Shown here in pieces: positions 12,001 through 23,440 of a stretch of 64,000 bases of DNA. Under the pieces are notes generated by a model that searched no databases, was not told where the DNA came from, and saw nothing but the letters and a program-made list of their open reading frames with translations. Position 1 is the first letter of the stretch, and every line of letters starts with the position of its first letter. The stretch is from Octopus sinensis. Lineage: Eukaryota. Location: contig NC_043005.1 in the NCBI RefSeq assembly GCF_006345805.1, positions 25,482,001 through 25,546,000 on the forward strand. Direction: 5' to 3'. A program made the position numbers and the translations under genes.

Positions 12001-13259
12001 CACAACACAACACAGTTCTGCTACTCTGATTATCCAAACTGGTAGTCCTTTGCAGCACAAACGTATTCCGTCCAACTCTGGCTGTACTCCTATCCTTTAT
12101 GGTTAAAATACACTTAAAAGGGCACAAACACAGTGAAAAATCCACTTGAAAGTGGACAAACACAAGTGTTAGTTCCAAGTGGAACTAAAACTTGGGTAAT
12201 ATGCGACAGTGCAACATTTTATGCCTGGAAAATCCCAGTAAATGGGAGAGAAACAACTCAACGTGCAAGAATTGTTGAATACCTAGTAAAAGATCTTGAA
12301 AATACTGGTCGCAATATAACTGTTGATTATTTTTGTACATGGTCTAGTATTAGCTCGAAAGTTGCTTAGAAAGAAAACTACTTTATTTGGAACAATTAGA
12401 AAGAATTCCAAGTGCTTTCATAAGTGGAAAAGGAAGAGAAATCAACTGCAAAATATTTGGATTTCAAAAGGATTCAATGATCCTATGTCATCGTTTCAAC
12501 AAAAATTATGCAGTCACACTTATGAGTACAATGCACACACAGCCTTCAGTTGATTCAAAAAGTGCTGGAAAGGAACCACAAGTTATTACATGTTACAACA
12601 AAACAAAAGGTGGAATAGATACTCTAGATAAAATAGTAAGGGCATACATTTGAAAAAGAAGATGGCCTGTTGTTATATTCTATAACACGATTGATATAAG
12701 TGCAGTGAATGCTTTCATTGTTGCTAAACAACTTCACTTCCAAAGTTTCAAGGATAAAAGAAAGCAGTGCCTAATTCAGTTAGGAAAGGAACTTGCTGGA
12801 GTTAATACTAAACAAGAACATGACAAACAATATTCTAGTTCCGCTAAAAATTCTCAATCAAACAAGAAAAGAAGACGATCTTCTAACTCATTTGAAATTC
12901 TTCAGCCAAAGAAAGAAGGAAGATGTTCTTTGTATGGCACAAAAAAGACAGAACTACATGTAAGAATTATAATATCCATGTTTGCCAAGAACATTCCAAT
13001 GTTGTCTGTATTTACTGCTATGAAGAGCTGTAATTATATATCGTTGTAAACTTTTAAATTTATAATATATTCTGTAAGCTGTATTTTTTAATTAAAATTT
13101 GTGAGAACGAGTAAATCTTCATTCACTTGATAGCATATATAATGAAGCTAAGAAATGGTGGTAGTTTGAATAAAATTTAATTAAAAGAAAAAATATTGGG
13201 TCCATTGGACACAAGTGGTAATTAGCGAAATACATTTTCTCTGGTAGACCAAAGGATAA
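9022..13259 (+). mobile_element. Full-length decayed piggyBac DNA transposon containing a nested retroelement
   Basis: Left end TTAA|CCTTCTGTCTA (9022). Right end TAGACCAAAGG|ATAA (13259). Subterminal inverted motif ccaatggacc/ggtccattgg. Transposase pieces: GPPRFVKRSYDSI, RGRCPFHVYIPSKP, TWVICDS...YAW, GRNITVDYF, YNKTKGGIDTLD, RRWPVVIFYN, and a decayed C-terminal Cys-rich tail. Confidence 0.85.
10377..12180 (-). mobile_element. Internally deleted L1/Tx1-type LINE derivative (gag-like ORF1 with CCHC knuckle, ORF2 C-terminal remnant, 3' UTR with AATAAA)
   Basis: 8-bp TSD ggaactaa at 10369-10376 and 12181-12188 splits the piggyBac ORF (KPxK*G|TKTWVICD). ORF 11411-11842 is followed by CHLCLESGHIKKNC (CX2CX4HX4C) in 11133-11336. 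The clade assignment is inferred. Confidence 0.7.
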
Positions 13260-14160
13260 AAACTTCATTAAACTTGAAAATTCTTGCCAGCATAATTTGC
13301 ATGTTTAACGTGAGCTAAGGGCAGTAACTCAGCAATGCTAATTGGATGAATCTAGCAAATTAAGTAAAGTGCAAATGCCTGAGTAATGACTGCAAAAACA
13401 AAATATTCAAAAAAATTCTAAATTGAAATTTGCAAGTTAGTTGGAGAAAGAAAACAAAGATTTTAAATGTAATCCATTTTCAATCAGAGAAATCATTTCG
13501 AGGAAATGTAAAAATCAATTCCACAGAAAATTACATTGTGATGCATGGCAGACAGGCAAGAGAACAATAATTTGAAGGAGAATTCAGCTGTTAAATTCCT
13601 TGATGGTTCATTTATTGGATAATCGGATGAATCGATATAAATGTTGCGGATAGGTGGATATATGTGTAACCGTATGTATTCAATAGGTAGAATACTTGTT
13701 AACACTAGGATGGTTCGCCTTGAGTGGGTATATGATAAAGGATATCAGCCATGACTGTCTCACGTTCATAAGAATATCGTAATCCAATGTGTATTTTCTT
13801 TGCTAAGACAATTGTGAATTCTCAAAGGAACATTTGGCTGCTATTTTAACAGACACAGCGACTATATATTTGCGATTGTGTTTAGTTTTATGTGAATTAC
13901 AATTCTTTATTTATCAGCAGAAAGGTGACTGCGCACCAATGAAATCTGCTCTAACTCTTCGAAAATTTTAATTAATGGTAGGAAGCCAAAACTCTATGTA
14001 GAGAATAGAGAAATATTTCAAATTATTTGGCAAAATAAAGATGTAAACGAAGAAGTAAATAACCAAATAAATTATGCATCATAAGGTATATCGAGAGTGG
14101 AAGGTCACCTGGAAATAAGAAACACATCTTGGATGAAATTAAAGAGAAAAATTATGGGAG

Positions 14161-14257
14161 CCTGTATTTGTAATATGTGTATGAGCGTGTGAGAGCATGT
14201 ATATATTTAGCTAAGTAATAACGATCGGAAAAATAAATCAACAGACGTTGATGTCAG
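14161..14257 (+). repeat. ~97-bp dispersed direct repeat, copy 2
   Basis: Matches 5985-6086. Confidence 0.9.
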
Positions 14258-14489
14258 GGATAAAATAAAATACACATTTGAAACGTGACAAATAAATAAT
14301 GTTAAAACAACACTTGTGAAGTTTACGATGATGATCCTGATGATGAGGTTGATGCGGAGAATGAGGGTGGGGAGTGACGAGTATAGAACATGACGGGACT
14401 ATTAGCAACAACGTAACAACAATACTATCATTAAAATTGACAACAACAACAATAAATATATGATAAAGTATGATCAAATTAATATTAAT

Positions 14490-14491
14490 GA

Positions 14492-14535
<44 letters not shown>

Positions 14536-14650
14536 TTGCTACTACTACTATTACTACTACTGCTACTACTACTACAGATAATAATAATCATAATAATAAT
14601 AATAATAATAATAATAAGACCATTATTATTATTATTATTATTATCATCAT
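14490..14650. repeat. (TAC)n/(TAA)n/(TTA)n triplet microsatellites
   Basis: Directly visible. Confidence 0.97.
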
Positions 14651-16426
14651 TAATGTTATTATTGTTCTTTATTGTTATTGTCATTTTCATAGTAATAATG
14701 AAACTGAGAACTTAATAAGAAAATCAATGTTATTGTTGCACTATTCCTTTCTTTCATTCTTTCTTTTGTTTCTCTATAACTTTCAAACATGGCATGTAAT
14801 TTCACTTTGGTTTCGTTCACACAAAGAGACACTCTGATGTGAATTAAATCAGATTCAATTTTCTGCTTCTTCTTTTTTCCTCTCATTGTCATTATGTAGG
14901 CGTCAGAAACAATTATCGTAATGAGAAGATGCGGGATTCCATTGTTGACCAGAAAACAAGCCTTTGAAGATCTCTTTTTGTCTTTTGCTTGCCAATATTC
15001 ATGTTTATTTAATAACACTTAAAATCTTTTGAATTCTACATATATTCTGATTGTTGTTAATATTTAGCCCTACATTTAGGCAGAATCTTTAAAGCCTTTG
15101 ATAGAGTTCCTCACGGTATTGCTTCTGGCTCGTTACGTCCTGAGTTCAAATTCTGCCCTTCAATTCAGCGTGGCTGATTGTATACAATATCAGTCAAATA
15201 TTGGATTCCATTTAATCGACTGACCCCGCTCTGATAAAATTTGTCTTGTTCCTGAAATAGAAACATTATGTAACACTAGATCTGCTCTGATCAAGAAGAG
15301 CAATGATTAAAGATGATGCTGTTGTTGGCTTACTACGGATTATTTTATCAACGTATCCTGTTGAAGATGGTAGGATATGATTTCAAAGCAATTTGGACAT
15401 ACATTGACACACTACTTTTTTGATTGTGGTGTGGCGTTGTTTTGTAATGGAGTTGCATCACGTTGCAGTTTTTCTCTGATATATCAGTGCAGAGTAGTCG
15501 TTCTAAGGCGATACAAAGTTATAATCTTGTCATGTTGTTGGCGTTATTATTTATATCACTCAGTCAGCGAACGATGTGCAATATATAAAAAAAGAATTTT
15601 CTCCTATGTATGGAGACTTTTGAATCACCCTGTATATGTATAGTCGTTTAGCTTTAGCCGTTATTAGCTTTTACCGCGGGTGAATAGTACTGACACTCCG
15701 TAAAGAAATTTGATACCCTGCAACCCCGCCTTATGGTGAGTTGTAGACTGCCAGCTATTACTATTATTATTTTATTTCGGGGTAGTCCTTTTTTTTTGAT
15801 AAAATACCAAATGCATTATATACTCGTTCTTCATTTCAGCTTTATTATCTTTCATATTTTAATGTCCTTTTTCCATTCTCAAAATGGACTAAAAAGGGTT
15901 CGCAGGTTGTGTGACCAATGATTTCAGACAAAGAACACTGAAATAAGATTTATAATGAAGCTGAAGTAACAGAACGAGTATAGAGTACGTGTGTTCATTT
16001 CTCAAAAACAAAACATCCGGAAATATAACAATGTTTCAACACGCGATTTCACATCAAGAATCTTGCAGAAAAAATACGCAAAATACTATTTTCAAAGAAA
16101 ATTATCAAGGGAAATTATTTGCAAATATGCAACCCAAAAGGTTGCTGGGTTGCTACGAATTATTCTACACCGGAAATATTAATATCTATTTATTTGCCAC
16201 GAATTCATATAAGTACTTACAGTTAGCAGTAAGAGTTAAAACTATTAATCAGGGACTATTCAGAGAAAAGATATGTGTCTGTATGCACAGGTAAAATAAC
16301 AGGAAAAGCAACACTGATCACACCAAGACGCATATCTGTAAGAGATGAAAACCTATAATAAATAAATGTATATAACCCATTATATCTGTCTATTATACAT
16401 ACATATAAATATACGTGTGTGTGTGT

Positions 16427-16463
<37 letters not shown>

Positions 16464-16493
16464 GCGTGTGCGTGTGTGTGTGTATGTGTGTGT

Positions 16494-16717
16494 AAGGCGG
16501 CGGGTTGGCAGAATCGTTAGCACACCGAACGCGAGATGCTCAGCGGTATTTCGTCTGCCATTACGTTCTGAGTTCAAATTCCACCGAGGTCGACATTGCC
16601 CTTTATCCTTTCAGAGTCGATGAAATAAGCACCAGTTACGCACTGGGATCGATATAATCGACTAGCCACTACTTACCCCAAAATTTTCAAGACTTTGTGC
16701 CTAGAATAGAAATAATT
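16494..16717 (+). mobile_element. SINE family A, near full length
   Basis: Head aaggcggcgggttggcagaatcgttagc, B-box gagttcaaattcc, tail ttgtgcctagaatagaaa. Confidence 0.85.
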
Positions 16718-16893
16718 GTGTGTGTGTGTGTGTGGTGTGTGTATACACACCTGTAAGTTTATGGGTATTTGCGTTGTCTCTCTCTTAATCGTCCCACTCT
16801 CCCACTATCTCATTCTCTCTGTCTTTCTCTACCTATAAATGTGGGTCTATGAGCGTGTATGTGTGTGCGTGTGTGTATGTGTGTGTGTGTGTA

Positions 16894-16935
<42 letters not shown>

Positions 16936-18419
16936 TGTATAAATACGTTTCCTTTTCAGTAGCTTGAAACCTTGACGTACATTGAACAGCAAAGAAACCA
17001 CAATATTTTTTATAGAATCGAGCCACAATGTACTTTAGCGCAATATCAAGAGATCGCCTTCAGCTTCAACTCAAACAACAACGCAACCAATCCGAAAATT
17101 GCTTTTCTATCATTATGTATGCAAGACATGAATCCCTTCTCTATTTTATTACCAGACGCCATTTCGTTGTAGTTATTCTGAGTTCCAGATTTGATTGCAA
17201 AATTACTCTGACATTACAAATAAGCGTTTTCCAAAAGGTTTCCCGTCCACAGACGATGGTGACTGCTCGTACATACATGATGTCGCATGTTGTATTACCT
17301 TTAATCTTAACAAATTAACTGATTTGTTGCTTTTTTTTTGGTTGCTTTTTGTTTTTTCGTTTTACCCGAAGTAAGAAAGAAACAAAAGCCGGTGATGTTC
17401 AATAATGAGAATGAAAACAAGCATTGGATGATATAAACAATATATTAACGACTGGAATGAATTAAAAACCGTCCTGAAACGTGCCATATGCGATGCAAAG
17501 GTGTTTGTGAATGTCTGAGAGTACAAATAAATTTTAACTCTTGATCGGAGTGCATTCCCCATGGCATTGTATTTTAACTTTATTCTATCACACGATAAAT
17601 ACCGGTTCGTTAAATTTCAGTGTGTCAAGTATTATTCCTGTGTGTAAATAGTGCGTTTTCACTGTAATTGTGTGTAAAAAAGATAAAGAAGAGCAATAAA
17701 TATTTCTCTCTCTAGATAAAAAAATTACTCGATTGCAAACAGATATACAAACAAGTACACATACATATATATACACATATATGTATATACAGTATGATTT
17801 ATACATGTATGTGTGTACGTATGCCTTTGTGTATATCAAAGTATTTACACTCAGAAAGAGTGTTTCACACACACATACACTCGCATACGCATATTTTACA
17901 AACTTGATTGTCGGTTAGATATGTGCTAATGAGTCACATGCATAAAAAAAAACAAGTATTGTATTATGTGTGTATAAGAGTGAGCTGTTTCCATGCCGGA
18001 CATATGCTTAGAAGTATTTGGTCCGGGATAACAAAGTGAGTTCACATTCCACCGATATCAACTTTGCCTTTCATCTTTTCGGTGCCGATAAAATACGAAC
18101 ATTGGGGTCAATGTTATCGACTTGTAGCCTCCATTACAATTGCTGGCCTCCTGCCGAAATTTGAAGACATTAGAATATTCTTTTATTCTTTGATTCGTTA
18201 CTTGCTTCAGTCATTTTGACAGTGGCCATTCTGGTGCACCGCCTTTTCGTCAAAGAGTTAAGACTATTGAAAAGGTTGCAAGACGCAACGAAAATTTTAG
18301 GAAAATAAAAATTAAAATAAGAAATAAGTGGAAATTTTACCGGTGAGTTTGTTAAACTATAAGGCACAAAAAGAAAATTACTCTCCCTAGACACAACAGA
18401 ATATACTTAAACTGTCTAA

Positions 18420-18799
18420 TCTCTCTTTATATAAACGGCAGTTTGTCTGTGCGTGTTTCTGTGTGTCTGTTTGCTTGTACCCTCACCCTGACCACGGCTT
18501 TCAACCGATTCTGATGAAACTTGACACACACATAGCCCAATGTCATAATTCAAAACTAACGCAGCGAAAATTTTGAAAAGTTCCCCCAGTTCTGAAAAAA
18601 ATCGATAAATTCGACATGGGGTCGAGAATCAGAAACACAAACCGCAAACTGTCTAGGGGACGCAACTCCACCTTTTTTAACTGAAAAAAATTTACCATAA
18701 TTTTTTTCCATTTTTTGCTGTTTTTTGGCTATAACTCTCTAAAAATGCTTTATAGTTATTTCCCTTACAAACCTGAGCAACGCCGGGCGATACTGCTAG
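18420..18799 (+). mobile_element. Non-autonomous Helitron
   Basis: A|TC 5' end, GC-rich subterminal hairpin (ctgagcaacgccggg), CTAG|T 3' end, no TSD. Near-identical copy at 61987-62376. Confidence 0.85.
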
Positions 18800-19412
18800 T
18801 ACTATATATAATATTTGTAAACAAACGCGGAAGGCTTTGTAAGTTATGGAGAGAAAGCTGTTATGAAAGGCTCATAGTATAAAACTCACAAAGACTTTCA
18901 CGTTTGTTTACAAATATATATATGTGTGTCACATTAAAATGCATCCGGTGGTGAGACCCCAGGTTCAGAATTGTTCTGAAGTGTGGGTACCGTGATATCA
19001 CCACTCTATTACCATTAACCCCACATCTTTTTGAACTCGGAATGGTAGTACCTGTCATGGTCTAATCTATGTGTGAAATACATTTCCTAGGGGTAGAGCA
19101 GACTCACGTTATTTGTGACAGAGCCATAGGGAAAAGCAGCTCTACTTGGAGATATATACTCTGGCATAAATCTTACACCTTATCTTGCACTGCAACCTAT
19201 TAGAGCGACTAAGACAACGACAAAAGTGTTGTATAAAGTTTTATTATTAAATGTCGGACGGATGTCTCACTATCATTTCATTTTTTGATCCGTTTTCTAT
19301 TTTATTACGTCCTATAGCGATGGATATCCACGCGCATACAAGGATTTCTGAAAGTAAATAAGATCAGACTGACTGTGAAATGGCTAAGACCTGACAAGAT
19401 GAGCGAGCAACC

Positions 19413-19419
19413 ATGATGT

Positions 19420-19501
<82 letters not shown>

Positions 19502-19511
19502 TATATCGTAT

Positions 19512-19542
<31 letters not shown>

Positions 19543-19606
19543 CAAAGAGAGAGACAGAGAGAGAAAGAGAGAGATATAAAATGACAGACACACACACACA
19601 CACACG

Positions 19607-19650
<44 letters not shown>
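19413..19650. repeat. (TA)n/(CA)n/(GA)n compound microsatellite
   Basis: Directly visible. Confidence 0.97.
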
Positions 19651-19653
<3 letters not shown>

Positions 19654-19669
19654 TCGCAAATATGAACTT

Positions 19670-19910
19670 TGTGAGTGGATGTGGTAGACGGAAACTGAAA
19701 GAAACCCGTCGTATATGTATATGTGTGTGTATTTTGGTTTGTTTTTGTACTCCATCACCACTTGACAACCGGTGTTGGTCTGTTTAAGTCCCCGTAACTT
19801 AGGAGTTCGGTAATAAATGTAGAATAAATACCAGGTTAATCGATTCGACTAAAAATTCTTGAAGGCTCAAGCGTGACCGCAGTCCAATAACTAAAGCAAG
19901 CTAAAAGTAA
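19670..19910 (+). mobile_element. SINE family B, 5'-truncated
   Basis: gtgagtggatgtggtagacggaaactgaaagaaacccgtcgtata...gtaacttag...gcagtccaataact modules. Confidence 0.75.
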
Positions 19911-19969
19911 AATATATACGTAAACGTTGAACGATGAAAATGGGTATTCAACACACATTGGTGGCTGTA

Positions 19970-20887
19970 TTGGGTCATCCCATAAATAATGTGGTTTTTT
20001 ATACTTCTTTAATTTTTAAACTTAAGATAAACAGTTCTTTTCTAATCTAAAATATACTCTCCTTCATTTTCTACAATGCTCTTCCATATATCCGGTAGAT
20101 TGTAAGGCCCCTCTTCCAAAATTCACTTGTCCGTGATGAAAAATATTCCTCCAGTACTGTTCTGACCTCGGCTACAGAATTCATATTTTTCCGTCAAAAT
20201 GATTTTGAATACTGCGGAATAAATGATAATCAGATGGGGCAATGTCTGGCAAATATTTCGTGCGTGGAGCATCGTTTCCCATTCAAACTACTCCAACCTT
20301 TGGAATGTCATCCTCGCCGTATGTGGCTGAGCATAATCCTGATGTAAGAACACCTTTCGTCTTGAAACCAGATAAGGTCATTATTTTCTAGCGCTGGCGT
20401 CGATGGATGGCTGAAAGATCAAATCGAAGCTTCTCTGCTGGTTTCATAACAGTTACGATGGATTTTATTCTACTAGATTTTGCAGGACGTCCTAGTCGAG
20501 TTCTACAGATCTGCCACGATGAAGATCATCTTCTAGGCTATACTTTCCGCGGCGGAATTTCTGGAACCACCGTTAACATTGGCTTCCGCTTACAGTCCGA
20601 TCTTCTTATACTGCATAAATATTCCTCGCACTTTCCGTTGCGTTGTTGCCTTTATTCAAATCATAAAGCAAAATATGCTGAATATGCTCCTTTGTCCCTT
20701 CCATTATAGCTTTGAAATAATAACTGTTAAAATCGAACCACACTCTTGCAAACATTGGCTAAGAATAAAGACAAGGTAAAATTACTACCTGTTTTTATAG
20801 CAAGTTCATGCATGTAGTTTATCCCGTTTCCCTCCGACATTTACTTCATATAATTGAAAAAACTGCATTACTTATGGGATGACCCTA
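19970..20887 (-). mobile_element. Internally deleted mariner (Tc1/mariner) DNA transposon
   Basis: TA TSDs at 19968 and 20888. TIRs ttgggtcatcccataaataatgtgg / ctgcattacttatgggatgacccta. The minus strand encodes MEGTKEHIQHILLY...RWFQKFR...LEDD and HQDYAQPH...YLPDIAPSDYHLFRS, with stops. Confidence 0.92.
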
Positions 20888-21338
20888 TACTTTATTTGTG
20901 AATTAAGACTGCCGTTAGTTTCATGTTAAGAAAAGCAGGAAAATATCCTAGTCTCTTAATAATTTTTCAAGCCGATTACATGGAGAAAGGTGTTAGCGTC
21001 CAGCTTGAAAAGCACAACCGCGAAACTGTCTTTTCCAAAACGGAGGCATTAAGTTTTGAGGTCTTTCGATTTTTCACAAACGATCCACGGGCCGTCTAAC
21101 TACACCTATCAATAAAGAACCTATAATGACTATCAGAAACAGTCGTAAGTCGAACTTACTACAATAAAGAAAAATATGGAATAACCATTATTCATGCTCT
21201 TGCCTTATATATATACATACATACGTACATACATATACACACACACACGGACGCATATATTTATGTGTATATTATAAATCTCTGAATGACGTATAAACAG
21301 TAGCAGTACGACATCGTGAAGTATATATGCCACCTAAA

Positions 21339-21532
21339 TGGTCGATGCTACTGTAGCTTGTAGCCCCAGGAAAATATCTCCTCTAGTTGGCTATTGACAC
21401 ACTATCTGTGCCCTATCAGTATTTGCAAAGGGAAGTCCTCGTTCCCATCTGCAGTCTGACGTGATACATACGGACACGAGCCAGCTGGAGGAGATGTCTT
21501 CCTGGGGCTACAAGCTATAGTAGCATCGACCC
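21339..21532. mobile_element. ~195-bp MITE with ~52-bp TIRs, probable TTAA target (Kolobok-like termini)
   Basis: ggtcgatgctactgtagcttgtagccccaggaaaatatctcctctagttggct is inverted at agccagctggaggagatgtcttcctggggctacaagctatagtagcatcgaccc. TTAA at 21533-21536, TAAA on the left. The superfamily is inferred. Confidence 0.8.
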
Positions 21533-21589
21533 TTAAGAGTTAGCCACGTTTAGGTGGCAAATATACTTCACAATATATATTTATATTTT

Positions 21590-21781
21590 TTTTATTCTTT
21601 TACTTGCTTCAGCCTTTGACTACGGCCAACTTTATCCGAAGAAATCCATCCCAGGACTTATTCTTTGTAAGCCTAGTATCTATTATATCGGTCTCTATTG
21701 TCGAACCACTAAATTACAAGGGCGTAAACACACCATGATCGGTTGTCAAGCGATGGTGGGGACAAATAGGGTCACACAAAG

Positions 21782-21828
<47 letters not shown>

Positions 21829-21972
21829 CATGTACGACGAGCTTCTTTCAGTTTCCGTGAACCAAATCCACTCGCAAGGTTTTGGTTGGCTCGAAGCTAT
21901 AACAGAAGACACTTTCCGGAGGTGTCACACAGTGGGACTGAATCCGGAACCATGTGGTTGGGAAGCAAGCTT
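21590..21972 (-). mobile_element. SINE family B, near full length with internal (TA)/(TG) tract
   Basis: Minus strand: gcttgcttcccaaccacatggttccggattcagtcccactg...tail gaagcaagtaaaagaataaaa. Confidence 0.8.
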
Positions 21973-21974
21973 AT

Positions 21975-22208
21975 TATTTCTTTACTACCCCCAAGGTGCT
22001 AAACACAGAGGGGACAAACAAGAACAGACAAAGGGATTAAGTCGATAATTCGACCCCAGTGCGTAACTGGCACTTATTTCATCAATCCCGAAAGGACGAA
22101 AGGCAAAGTCGACCTCGGCGGAATTTGAACTCAGAACGTAGCGGCAGACGAAATACCTATTTCTTTTCTACCCATAAGGGGCTACACACAGAGAGGACAA
22201 ACAAGGAC
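21975..22208 (-). mobile_element. Head-to-tail SINE family A dimer
   Basis: The tail of one unit runs into ggtatttcgtctgccgcta of the next. Confidence 0.8.
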
Positions 22209-22949
22209 ACACACACACACACATGTATATATATACACATACGCACAGACAATTATGCATCTATAGATGTGGTTGAAAGTTCTATGTATGTGTGTATATA
22301 GATATGTATTTATGCATGTATATGTGAGGATAGAGGTATACGTGGTGTATGTGAATATCTGCTTGTATGAGGCCATTTCAGGTTATTTCTCCAATTATCT
22401 CTGTGGCAACTGTCCAGCACACACAGACGCATAGACACACACGCGGGTCCCCCCCCTCTCTCTCTCTCTCTCTCTCTTTGACTCTGGCTTTCTTACCCCA
22501 TCTCTCTTTCTATCTCTTTCATTCTCAATAGGACCTTCTTCTTTTCTTCTCTATGTATATATATCTGAATCGCATCTTCTGCCTCAGTAACTAACCTCGT
22601 TATGTTTAAACTTGTTCAATTATTATCACGAAGTACTCAATAACCAATTGATTTAATTATGTATGTGCGTGTGTGTGTATGTGTGTATGGATATATATGT
22701 ACATATATTTATAATACACACACACACGCACATGCTTACGAACATATTTGTTCAAGCAAACAGAAACTTAGGAATAATGAATATGAATTACAAATTTTAT
22801 GCTAATTATATTCATATCACATACCATGACTGCTAAAGTATATTTCGCATAAAATATTTAAACATGATGTATTATCAAAAAATTATGAAATCATATTCTT
22901 TGCATTTTATCTATTGATAACCACTGAGGACTGCAATTTTCTTCACCCG

Positions 22950-23240
22950 TCAATCTCTCTCTCTCTCTCTCTCCCTCGTTCGCTCTCTCCATCCACCTCT
23001 CTATCTTTCTCTCTCTCTCCCCCACACCCCAACACCACCGCACCACACCACACACCACCACACCACACCGCACACCACCACACCACATCTTGCCATACCA
23101 CACTACACACCACCATCCAGCATACACTACCACTGACCACTTCCCAGCACCCACACATTTCATCCACACACGCACACATAAAGGCCACCAGCCCCCAGGC
23201 ACACGCACATATACGCTCTCACACACACACGCACACCTTC
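22950..23240. repeat. (TC)n followed by (CACCA)n-like low-complexity tract
   Basis: Directly visible. Confidence 0.9.
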
Positions 23241-23269
23241 GTTTTGGGATCGGCTTTCGGAATGATAGA

Positions 23270-23440
23270 TCGCTAGCCACTAAACCTTTTCTATTTTCTC
23301 TCCCTTTTTATTTCTGTGTTCCTTTCTGTTGAAGAGCGTAGGATCGAAATGAAAAAGACCTTCTCACTTCCCGAACGTTAAACTAATACATCTGTTTGTT
23401 GTTTACACACCCGTCTTCGTATTTTGTTATTTTTTGTGAA
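23270..23440 (+). mobile_element. Penelope-like terminal remnant, family 1, with degenerate hammerhead at 23322-23357
   Basis: cttt-CTGTTGA-a-gagc-gtag-gatc-GAAATGAA-aaag, followed by (TA)n. Confidence 0.6.

Noticed and set aside
13490-14160. Possible Tc1/mariner remnant (YQQKGDCA)
   Set aside because: No SPDL-type motif at the expected distance and no TIRs found.
15989-16294. 101-aa ORF ending at CAG|GTAAAA as a possible exon
   Set aside because: AT-rich, no recognisable domain, and no supporting neighbouring exons.
20407-20709. 100-aa plus-strand ORF
   Set aside because: Antisense shadow of the mariner transposase.
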